The notes beneath the pieces are model-generated. The model saw only the letters and a program-made list of their open reading frames with translations. It was not told the origin of the DNA and ran no database searches. 64,000 bases of DNA, taken from assembly GCA_002269645.1 (NCBI GenBank), contig NIVC01001770.1, positions 175,703 to 239,702 of the forward strand, written 5' to 3'. Both the position numbers and the translations under genes were made by a program. The DNA is from Macrostomum lignano. Lineage: Eukaryota. Below are positions 47,251 to 59,100 of the stretch, piece by piece; position 1 is the stretch's first letter, and every line of letters starts with the position of its first letter.

Positions 47251-48696
47251 TCTATTGTAGGAGTCTACTTAATCTGCTGTCTACAGAGAGTTCACTTGTT
47301 GCTATTGCTATATTTAGGAATTGGCTCGTCAATCTATCCTTCTCTAACCCGGCCGGAGCCAGGCTACAATCTGGACAGGAAAATTATAGCGCAGTCTTCG
47401 TGTATTCTTTGGTAAATTGCTGCTTATATAATATCCTATATCGTTATGATAAATGGTGTTTTTAGCAAAGAATGTATGGCTTAATTGCGACCCTGTCGGG
47501 GAAACTAAGTGCAGCGGTTTCTTCTAATTAATTGTTCCCAGAGGGCATACAGTAGAATCAAAAAAGCCTAATGATTTGATTGCTGACCGCGTTGTTCTGC
47601 CTGGTCATCTTTTAAAGAAAACCCCCCGCGGTTCCAAGCGCCTGCAGTCTTTCAGCCAAGGCTTCCAGAGTTGAAACCATTAAGTAAATCATCTAGCAGA
47701 TGCTTCATTTGATATGTTTTGGTGACTGGTAGGGTTTTCATGGAGCCCCGGGGGCATTTAGATAAATAAAATGCCGATTCCAGGGGCTTGCTGTCTATTG
47801 CATTTCTCGCCTAAAGATATCACATTTAATGGGTGAGCAACACACTGGAGTCCTACGACAAGCAAACTGCATACATAATACCAGCGGAGATTCAGACGAA
47901 TCTGTCCGTAAAAAATGAATGGTTGCGGCCCATAAGTATTACCATGATCATTATCATTATCTATCAGTTCAGCTGCACATTATCTAGTGCATGACTCGAA
48001 TGTGTTGCGCTAAAGTCTTCAAAATCGGCGATTATAGCGAGTCATCAATGGCCACTCATTCAGCGTTTTGTCGACTGCCTACTGACTGACGCTGGCGGCG
48101 ACTCGTGGCTTCTTTTAAGAAATCTTTCGAATACACAGCACCCATCAAGATGCTAATTTCGAATGCTGACATATTTTAACTGCAAACAAAATATTCATAT
48201 ATTTAGACATCCTTAAACATCGGCTAATCAGTTTCATCTTTCATGCATAGACCAAGCCATTGCTGTTTGAGTTTAGTCAAGCAGGGCCCGACAGTAGCCT
48301 ATTGTCTTTGAAATTAATGGGTAACAGGTGGTAAACATTCCCCAAAAGGGCTATACTTGCTTTCCGTGTGCAGCTCAGAAAAGAATGCTTCACTGCGGCG
48401 CTGCCTATTTTGCTGAAGTGAAGGGCGTAATTATGCCAGACTATGGCTGCTGTGAGCATGCAGGCAGTCATTCGTTGACATCTGCAGGACCTCTTATGAC
48501 TAACGTCGCTTCCCTGTCTCTGCAATAGTCTAACCTAGCTCGAATCCCGTGCAAGGCAACAGCAGAAATGATTGAAGAGTGTGGATCCCTGCTTTTCTAC
48601 CTCAGCGGACGGGTATTAGGACTGTGACTTCTCCTTTTCAGAGTTGCTTCAAAAGGAATAAAAGTTATACTGTTACAGCTGCAGAAAGTTCAGCCT

Positions 48697-48862
48697 TAGG
48701 GGTGTTCGGGTCGGCCATTTTTTCGGGGTTCGGGGTTTACCCCGAACCCGGTACCCCTACCCCGAACCCCGAACCCGACCCGGAACACCTACCCCGAACC
48801 CCGAACCCGGTACCAAAACCCGACCCGAAACCCGACCCGACCCCGAACCCCGAACACCCCTA
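48697..48862. mobile_element. hAT MITE, TAGGGGTG-type TIR, 166 bp, internal (cccgaac)n
   Basis: TIRs taggggtgttcggg / cccgaacacccta; perfect 8-bp TSD ttcagcct (48689-96, 48863-70). Confidence 0.9.
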
Positions 48863-50165
48863 TTCAGCCTACAGCTGTAGGTCTGAAACAAAGCCTCCAT
48901 CCTCCATTTGACTCCACTTTGAGTTCGTTGTTATATTTTAATTCACCGTCCCATTTCTGTACAAGTTTCACTTAGCTAGTAGAAAAAGTAATCTTAGCAA
49001 ATAAAATAATGGGGGCAAAGTTTATCCAGGAGCGTCCCCGATGGAGGACGCGTGTTCAATGATGACTTTTGTTCCTTTTTTACAGGGTCATACAGATTTT
49101 AGCATCGGATTTAATGCCTAGCTTTTGGCTTCTGAAATGCGCCTAAAGTTCTTAACTTCTTTGGGCCAATGGAAAAACGTTTGTATCATGATCATAGGTT
49201 AGGAAAGTTAAAAAGTTGCTGTTGTCCGTCAAACCCATCTTCTTACCTGTATATGCGATATTACGTTCGATAGTCTTTTTCAAACTTCGCCTGAGGTCTA
49301 CGGACAAGATTTCTTCACGGGGTCAGTGGTCGCGCTGACCCTTTTTAGCATAGCGTCACAAGCAGAGTTTTTTAGCTCCAATCTGGCGCTGCAGGCAACA
49401 ACACTGAATATTGTATATTTATGAACACGCAATGTGCATTGCAGAAAGCAATGAATTCCTTAAACTGGTTCTGGCTGAGGACTTGACTTAGAATCAAGGA
49501 TATTAATACAGCCTCCCCCAGGCATTCATTTTGTGTACAGAGCCTAGCCATTAATGACCATTGGGGTGGCGAGTATTTTGGGCTTAAAAGTGCGCGCTGC
49601 AGGAAATACAATTTTACTTATTAAGGTTGCAGTTAAATCCCTCTGACGGCTTATCTGCCTCCGCCACCTATTAGCAAGCAGTCGTTGCCATCCTGAAAAA
49701 CGACTCAAGAAGTTCAACAAGCATCTCTCTTCCATGCTATTATGCAAATTCCTAATTTAGGCATGCAAGGCCTGATTTTCGTCATAGCTGAAGATGATAG
49801 GGAAGAGACGGAGTTGAACAGGGAGGCTGCAGAGAGACTGCATCTTTATCATTGGCTATCGAGAAGATGGCCTCAGTGCTTTCTGCAGCACCTGCTGCGA
49901 CTTTTTGCGCGGGCCACTAGTTTCGATGCGGCAATGCAGACTCCGAGGCTACAGCGGCACAGAAACAAACGAAAATAGAACTGTTACATGCAGCTCAGCA
50001 CTGTCATTGGCTGGCTCTGCGAGAGAGCAAAATGATGGACAGAGATGGTAAATAAATGCGCTTGCTTTTAGTTCTCCCAGTGGTTCACTCTCACTTTCAC
50101 TCCCTCTTAGCTACCTGAAAATCTGAGCTGATTACGGAAGGTCACCGCCGCGGTCAAGCCAAGAA

Positions 50166-53100
50166 ATGAGCAACGAAAACAGTCTCGACACTGGCAACGA
50201 GGCTGGAAGGTGAACCTAAAAAATTCAATACATTTCATTTTCAAACAACCGTTCTAATTGATTTTCAATGATGCTAATTATGTCAAACCTTTTGCAGCGA
50301 GGCGTCAACTTCCACATCGGCAACTGGGCAGGATGTTGATCAGCCGCCGCTCCAGCTGCCGCAACAGCGTATACAGCAACAGCAGCAGATTCAACAACAA
50401 GAACAACAGCAAGAACAGCAGCACCGGCCAAGCCTGGTCCTGCTTGAACCAGACGAAGACTCGGAATGTTTTTACTCGTTTAACGATGAAACCGACAGGG
50501 AGAGTCTGCGCGAACGAGAGGACGTTCTAACATCGCCAGCCGTGTCCCCGGTGCCCTGGGCGCGGGAGATGTCGCCTGCGGCTGGGGGCAGGCGGACTGG
50601 TGCGTTCTGGCGCGGATGGGCACCTTGCATCGCTGTTTAGCATTTTCAATTGCCAAGCATGTTTACTTCTAGCTCAGTATTGACTTTTGAGTGACGCAAC
50701 TTGCGCCACGCGACGCAGAGTTGGGCCGGGTGAGGAGGGATTGGGAAGAGCGGCGGGCGAATATTGGATGGATTGAAGCTTCCGCCCGGTTTTCATTGTT
50801 TTCTAAAGCATTTTTTGACAGTGACACTGCTCACTGGGAAGCTACTCGACCCTCGCAAATTGTGTGATTTTCATTGGAGGCCGGGTTTCGTTGCTATGAA
50901 TCAGTGAGCTTCCGAAATGCTGTTAATGCTATTAGGCTTGGTTTAAGAGCTTCATAAACAAAAAAACGTTCATTAATTACAAAGCAAGTATCAGCTGTTC
51001 CATAGTGCGCATAACTGGCAGTGCCAAATTATTAATATCTTTACATGTGCATTCTAATAATAAGGAAAAGGTGTTTAGCGTCGAGTGAGTTATATGCTAG
51101 AGTGGTGTTGGCCTTGCTCAATACATTATGCAGAATACTTAGTGAGCTTTTAATATGCTTCAATTGCAGCACTGAACCAAGCGGAGTCAACAGTGCCGCT
51201 TCAGGTCAACTCCGGCCGCCAGTTTGTCACCCTTCAGGTGCCCAGCCTGCGGATTCCAGTGAGTGACTACATTACTTTCCAGGTATGGTTTTTGATTTAA
51301 AACAACTCAAACTACGACAGGCTTAAGGAAATTTTCAGTTTGAATTTCACATCTTCAATCAATTCTACTTACCATAAGTAGGTCGTCGAGCGCATTGAAA
51401 CCTACAGAACTCTGAAAGAGGCACGTATGTGCAGTTCGATGGCACTGTTGCGTTGGTCTATCGTATTTTCCTACCTTAATAATACCAATAGTAATAACTT
51501 TTTGTACATGGGATGACTATAATTATCATTCTTATTATTAATTAATAACACCTGCACCAAATGGGCCAGACGTGCAACCGACAGCTCAGCCGCAGCTATT
51601 GCGTGGCGCCTTTGAAGGCTGCGTACGGCTGCTCAGTCCAAGGACTGGAGCATCACCACATATGCCCTGAATACCCCAACTAATGCTGGCACCCATTTTA
51701 CAGCTGGGTGAACTGAGGCAACGCAGAGTTAAGTGTAATACAAATTTTTCCAATGGGATCGGGAATCGAACCCCCGACCCTCAAGTCGTGATTCCGACTT
51801 TCTAACCACTAGACTACAACCCCCTCCACTAGGCTGCAACCCCTTCCATCAGGCTACAACCCTCTCCACTAGGCTACAACCCCCTCCACTAGGCTACAAC
51901 CCCCACCATCAGGCTACAACCCCTCCACAAGGCTACAACCCCCACCATCAAGCTACAACCCTCTCCACTAGGCTACAACCCCTCCACTAGGCTACAACCC
52001 CCTCCATCAGGCTAGCTCGTACAACCCCCTCCATCAGGCTAGCTCGTACAACCCCCTCCATCAGGCTAGCTCGTACAACCCCCTCCATCAGGCTAGCTCG
52101 TACAACCCCTCCAGGCTACAACCCCCCCATCAGGCTACAACCCCCTCCACTAGGCTGCAACCCCTTCCATCAGGCTACAACCCTCTCCACTAGGCTACAA
52201 CCCCCTCCACTAGACTACAACCCCCACCATCAGGCTACAACCCCCTCCACAAGGCTACAACCCCCACCATCAAGCTACAACCCTCTCCACTAGGCTACAA
52301 CCCCTCCACTAGGCTACAACCCCTCCATCAGGCTAGCTCGTACAACCCCCTCCATCAGGCTAGCTCGTACAACCCCCTCCATCAGGCTAGCTCGTACAAC
52401 CCCTCCAGGCTACAACCCCCACCATCAGGCTACAACCCCCTCCACTAGGCTACAACTCCCACCATCAGGCTACAACCCTCTCCACTAGGCTACAACCCCC
52501 ACCATCAGGCTACAACCCTCTCCACTAGGCTACAACCCCCTCCACTAGGCTACAACCCCCACCATCAGGCTACAACCCTCTCCACTAGGTTACAACCCTC
52601 TCCACTGGCTCCAACCCCCTCCATCAGGCTAGCTCGTACAACCCCCTCCATCAGTTTACAACCCCCACCATCAGGCTACAACCCCCTCCACTAGGCTACA
52701 ACTCCCACCATCAGGCTACAACCCTCTCCACTAGGCTACAACCCCCTCCACTAGGCTACAACCCCCACCATCAGGCTACAACCCTCTCCACTGAGCTACA
52801 ACCCCCTCCATAAGGCTAGCTCGTACAACCCCCTCCATAAGGCTAGCTCGTACAACCCCCTCCATCAGGTTACAACCCCCACCATCAGGCTACTTACCCC
52901 CTCCATCAGGCTAGCTCGTACAACCCCCTCCATCAGGTAACAACCCCACCATCAGGCTACTACCCCCTCCATCAGGCTAGCTCGTACAACTCCTTCATCA
53001 GGTTAAAACCCCCACCATCAGGCTACAACCCCCTCCACTAGGCTACAACCCCCACCATCAGGCTACAACCCTCTCCACTAGGCTACAACCAACCCCCTCC

Positions 53101-56100
53101 ACTAGGCTACAACCAACCCCCTCCACTAGGCGACAACCCTCTCCACTAGGCGACAACCCTCTCCACTAGGCTACAACCCCTCCATCAGGCTAGCTCGTAC
53201 AACCCCCTCCATCACGCTAGCTCGTACAACCCCCTCCATCAGGTTACAACCCCCACCATCAGGCTACAACCCCCTCCACTAGGCTACAACTCCCACCATC
53301 AGGCTACAACCCTCTCCACTAGGCTACAACCCCCACCATCAGGCTACAACCCTCTCCACTAGGCTACAACCCCCTCCACTAGGCTACAACCCCCACCATC
53401 AGGCTACAACCCTCTCCACTAGGTTACAACCCTCTCCACTGGCTCCAACCCCCTCCATCAGGCTAGCTCGTACAACCCCCTCCATCAGTTTACAAGCCCC
53501 ACCATCAGGCTACAACCCCCTCCACTAGGCTACAACTCCCACCATCAGGCTACAACCCTCTCCACTAGGCTACAACCCCCTCCACTAGGCTACAACCCCC
53601 ACCATCAGGCTACAACCCTCTCCACTGAGCTACAACCCCCTCCATAAGGCTAGCTCGTACAACCCCCTCCATAAGGCTAGCTCGTACAACCCCCTCCATC
53701 AGGTTACAACCCCCACCATCAGGCTACAACCCCCTCCACTAGGCTACAACTCCCACCATCAGGCTACAACCCTCTCCACTAGGCTACAAACCCCTCCACT
53801 AGGCTACAACCCCCACCATCAGGCTACAACCCTCTCCACTGAGCTACAACCCTTTCCACTGAGCTACAACCCCCTCCACTAGGCTACAACCCCCACCATC
53901 AGGCTACAACCCTCTCCACTGAGCTACAACCCCCTCCATAAGGCTAGCTCGTACAACCCCCTCCATAAGGCTAGCTCGTACAACCCCCTCCATCAGGTTA
54001 CAACCCCCACCATCAGGCTACTTACCCCCTCCATCAGGCTAGCTCGTACAACCCCCTCCATCAGGTAACAACCCCACCATCAGGCTACTACCCCCTCCAT
54101 CAGGCTAGCTCGTACAACTCCTTCATCAGGTTAAAACCCCCACCATCAGTCTACAACCCCCTCCACTAGGCTACAACCCCCACCATCAGGCTACAACCCC
54201 TTTCCACTAGGCTACAACCCCTCCACTAGGCAGTACCCAATATAAATTATCCTATCTTAAAATCTAATAAGTTTTAGCAGGCTTCATAATGTTTTACGTA
54301 ATAGCGACTGCATGTGTGTGACCTTGGACAGGCGTAATGGCGTGCGAGTAAGCAACTAATGACATAAATGCATAACATGTATGCAAGCAGGTAAATCAAT
54401 TAGACCTTCAGGAAAAGTATGCAATTAACCGCAATTTGGTGACTTTTTAATAAATTTTGTATCAAAATGCCTTCCAATTTCAAGTCTGAGCAAGATTAAG
54501 CTGAGCGAACCTGAGCTGGAATGTTTGGAGTATAGCTATAGGCTTGGCAAATGACTGCACTGCAGGTGGCCAATAGCCAATCATGATTTATGCGGTCTCG
54601 CCAGCCTCAAATTTTTAACAAACAAGTTCCCGGATTCTACCGGGTATTGAGATGCTAACTCGAAGCGTCACTGAGCAGAGAGCCATGCACTTCAGGCCAG
54701 ATCAAGGCTGTCCAGTCCGCGTTGGCGGCAGGTTTCGAATGCTGAAGCGTACTCAGACGTGCACCAGGCAGGTATTCGGTCAGGAATCCGCCCAGGTGAG
54801 GGGGACCAAATACGCCGATTCTCGATGTTCGACTCTGGGTTCGCGCACAAATATTTGTCAGCGTTTGATGTGTACGATTCACGTATGAGGAACAAGCCCC
54901 AAGGCACAGAGTCTATACAGACCTGATGACGAGAAAGTCAGGGCTGCTGTACAAGTGCAGCCTGCCTGCATACATATCCATGAGCTGAAACTGACCTGAC
55001 TAAGGGAAACATCCGGTAACATTGTAACCTTGGGTGGCAGAGCAGCTCAGAGGTAAACGCGTCTGACTCTCGCGCCGCGACCCGTGGTTCGATTCCGTGC
55101 GCAAACGCATTCATTTGAGGCTTGTGTGCACAAAATTGGCCAGCGGTTGTCGTGCGATTCACAGCCATGAGGCCCATCCCTCAAGGCGCAGAGAGTGTAC
55201 ATGCCTGACGATAAGAAGGTCAGGGCCGCTGTACACCCTGTGTGAGCGTATGCATGAGTGCGCGCCTGCGTATGTGCTCAGAAGTCAGAGGAATGAGCAG
55301 AACTGCCGTCAGCGCTGATTGTGGGTTCATGTCGCATAGAAGGCGTTGCGCGCTCAAAATCCTGCAGAAATTACGATTTCATAATCAATATTGCTAATAT
55401 TGTAACCTTATTACTAGAATGCGGATGTCAAAGGTCTTTTTATATATTTCCAATCTTAATAACGTTGAAGCGTATCTTTTAGCTCTACAATTACTTTTAA
55501 CAGGAAAAACTGTAAGTTAGAATAGAAATTTCACGCCCATTCGAGGGCATCAGCAATTACGAGCGTATAGGAACTTAATCAGAAAGTGGCAACATGCACC
55601 CGAGCCTGCAACTTGATGACTTCCTGTTTCGCACTCTGCATTCCAATTGAATTATGAGGAGAAAAAGAGGAAAATTGATCAGGCTCAACTAGCCAGAAAG
55701 AGTAAGTGAGGCGAAATGCTTCGCTCAACTTAAATTGGGATGAAGATTAAGAGGTGATAATACTTTCAGATTCACCACTGGGGTCGTGCGTAATAGACCG
55801 CATAAATTAGTGGAACAGGAGTCAGTCATCAGCAACTGGAAATGTACTTTTCCTGAACTATTTTGCTGCAGAATTGTCAATAAGGGTAGTCAATGAATAG
55901 TGGGCAAATACTGGCCCGTGTAAAGTGCAAAGCATTTAAGCATTTCGCGTCTGTAGAAGGAGCGAGCTTAAATATTATATTGCCAATCATGGCTCATTTG
56001 CGCTTAAAAAGGTCGGCATTGTGTTTTTTTATAATTTTTTATTGTGTATCATTTTATTCTGTCTTTCATGACATTATAAAAAGTGAATTCAATATTAAAT

Positions 56101-59100
56101 GCCTGTTCGTTTTACTAATTATGTGGAAAATATTAGGCCTTAAACCAGGGTTCCGCAAATTTTTTACTCAAGGGCCAAATAGAGAACCTAGAGAATGCGG
56201 GCCGGAGGAGGGGAGAGAGGAGAGGAGAGAGGAGATGATAGAGAAGAGAAGACAGAAGAGGAGAGAGGAGAGGAGTTTGCCGGGCCGGAGTTTGCCAACC
56301 CATGTCTTAAACTGAGTGCCTATTATATTATAAATCGCATTTCACAGTCAGCATTTTTATTGGCGAAATATCGAGAAACTCCATAGGCTTTGACCAACTT
56401 CCTGTTTGGGTTTCAAACCAGAGGGGTACGTCTCAGAAAACAGAGCAGCATGGCAAAATTCTATATTATAATGCGTAGTACCTCTAGACCGGGCAGAGCG
56501 GCTCTCTCGCCAGTTACCTGTAAGAAATATTGTACAAATCCGTACATTAATTTGGCCCGGAGGGGGCTTGTTGTGCAGTTGTCGCCTATCTGGGCCAACC
56601 CCGAGGTGTACAGAGTGTGTAAATGCCTGACGATGGAGTAATTGAAGGTCGCTACATATGTCTCAAGGGAATGTGCAGTCCTGCCTTCCACCTCCTTGAT
56701 TTGGGGCAGTCATCAAAACACAGCTGAGAGTAAACTATACTGAAGTAATATAATAATGCTTTTTCCTTATTGGATACATCCCAGCCGATTTAGAGCATTT
56801 TCATGCGTATTGTGAAATTCTAGCTCTTGGATCCAGCCAAGCTCAAAGTTAATTCTATTATTATTTGATTTCGTCATCATTGTATTTGTTATAACGCTTC
56901 GCGCAATACCTCGTGCCGCACGCGCGCGCAGATCAAGCGACGCGGCAGCGCCAACAGCCTCACCAGCGACAACGAAGACGAGGCGGAGTCCAGCGGCCCC
57001 GGTGAGGAGAATCTGAAGCGGCGGGGCCGACGGGCTGCGATCTACAACTCAAAGGTGAGATTTCGCAAAGACGTGGTTTACTACGAGATCATGGCTTCAA
57101 AATCATGGCTTCACAATCCAAATTCTCAATGGAGACTGACAATTTCCTAGATTGTTTTCCTAGATTTAACAGTTAAAATCGCAAAAAACCTCGGTTGACT
57201 CTTTGCATTTACATTTCGAAAGTCAAGGCATCCAGTGAGATATCGTCAATTTTTTGCTAAAAAGTTTGGGCGAATTCCTGCCTCTCTATAGTGCCTGTGG
57301 TGAAACAAGGACAGCTACCGCAGTGTAATTGTTCTGATCATTTAAAGTTTAGCTGCAGTGCAAACAAGCGGACCTTCAAATAATTTTGCAGTATCTAAGC
57401 GTGCTGCGTCCGGATATAACGGTAACTTCTAGTGGTCCTTGCAGTGAAATCTAAACGATTTTTTCGAGTTGTAGCATCCGTTTATTCTAGTTGTCCATGC
57501 ACTACAAGATTCGGGGATAAAAACATGACAATGATATGGTTAACTCAGAGATTTACCTCTATGATATGGTGCATTATTATCCCAGTCAAAGGTATTATGT
57601 AGGGTCTGAAGTTAGTTTACACTAGCTAGATATACATCGGGAAATTCGAATTCGATCTGTTGCTCAGAGTCCAATAGGAATCAATAGCATTTCAGGTGAG
57701 ATGAATGCTGGAGTTTCAGCATAGAACTCAGCCCAAGAAATCACTGAACCACTTCAGCTCTAAGTTTCACATCGTCAAAATCGTGAATTGAGTAGACAAA
57801 ACTGAAACACACTTTTGAGCGGCCATAATTTCACACCTGTAAATTTGATTTGATTGGACGAGAGATTAGATTAGGGTGGGTGAACTGATTGGCCACGGTG
57901 GGTGAACTGTGGCGATGGACAGTTAAATTGACAATCAGATAAGATAATACGTTATAAATTTTAATTAGTGTAATAAAATCCTAGTATGCCTGCTCTTATC
58001 AATTGGAAAAATCTGCCTCTGGAGTTGCTGAATGGTGTAATAATGGCCGTTTTGACTTGTCATTTTGTCTGGGTAAAAGTTCTTTACAATGGTGTTGTGT
58101 GTTAGGCCTCTTGCCTCCCTTCTTTTCTCTCTTCTTTTTAACTTTCCCTTCTCTCGATCCACTATCCACTCTCCTCTAAAAGTTTCTTCTAAGATCACTC
58201 AGCCATTTAATCGAACTATGCCATGTGTCCTTTTCGACTTTCGTTCATTTTTAATGCAATAGAGAATGCGAGTTAAAAGTTTGTCACTCTGTCTGCCTCT
58301 GAATTTAAATTTCGTTGAGTGCCCACAATTTTCAATTTCAGGCTGTGCGAAGCATTGTCGCTCTTATCTATTTCAATCCTTATAATTTTACATGAATTTT
58401 AAATGAATGCAATTTAGAACCTACGTAGGGACACCGTGCGCGCTTCAATTAAATTGACTTGCACTTGTCGATCGCACTGGTGCTAAAAGGTTTCCCAGTA
58501 TATGGTACCAGCATATTGAATTACCACACCATAGCATATTAAACAACTGCAGAATTTCATTGGCGAGGCCAAGACTCCAGATCGAAGCCCGTGCGAATCG
58601 GGAAACGAAGATAATTGGTGAGTAATTGGTACAGCGTACAGAGTGCGTTGTCTAATGAATGTTGTTCCTGGAAGTTGTTGACCGCCTTCTCTTCCGTTTT
58701 CAGCAGCGAGGACGCTAAGCGAAGACGCAGCTCCCTTGAGCTGAAGGTGGAGGTCCTGCCTCGCGTTGACATACTGAAAGAGACTAGTAAACGGATGCTC
58801 AAGAAACAGAATACAATTGGCGATCTGACACAGAAGACGCTGCAGACAATGCTAGTTGGAGACGGTTGGCCAACGCTGACTCTCATGAACTTACAAATGA
58901 CTTTATTTTCAAAATAACCCATATTGACGCTCTCAAAATTTCAGAGGCTAAAAAGAGAGGTGGAATGTCATTTTTTAAGATGGTCAGTTGTTTTGCACCA
59001 TTTGTTGCTGATTGTACACCTGCTCTCATTAAAATACAAAAGCAAATATACTTCACCTTATGCATCTAGATTGACAAGCGGTTGAACAAAGGCAAAGACG

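Noticed and set aside
48277-48525. Harbinger-like C-terminal motif (AAIVWHNYA)
   Set aside because: Single weak motif with no upstream catalytic motifs found.
49320-49346. Rho-independent terminator-like hairpin plus T run
   Set aside because: Eukaryotic context with no upstream gene; lacks the Helitron CTRR end.
55032-55110. tRNA genes at 55032, 19196, 6427, 47250 and 51824
   Set aside because: A/B boxes are present but there are no acceptor or anticodon stems; each continues into a shared SINE body.
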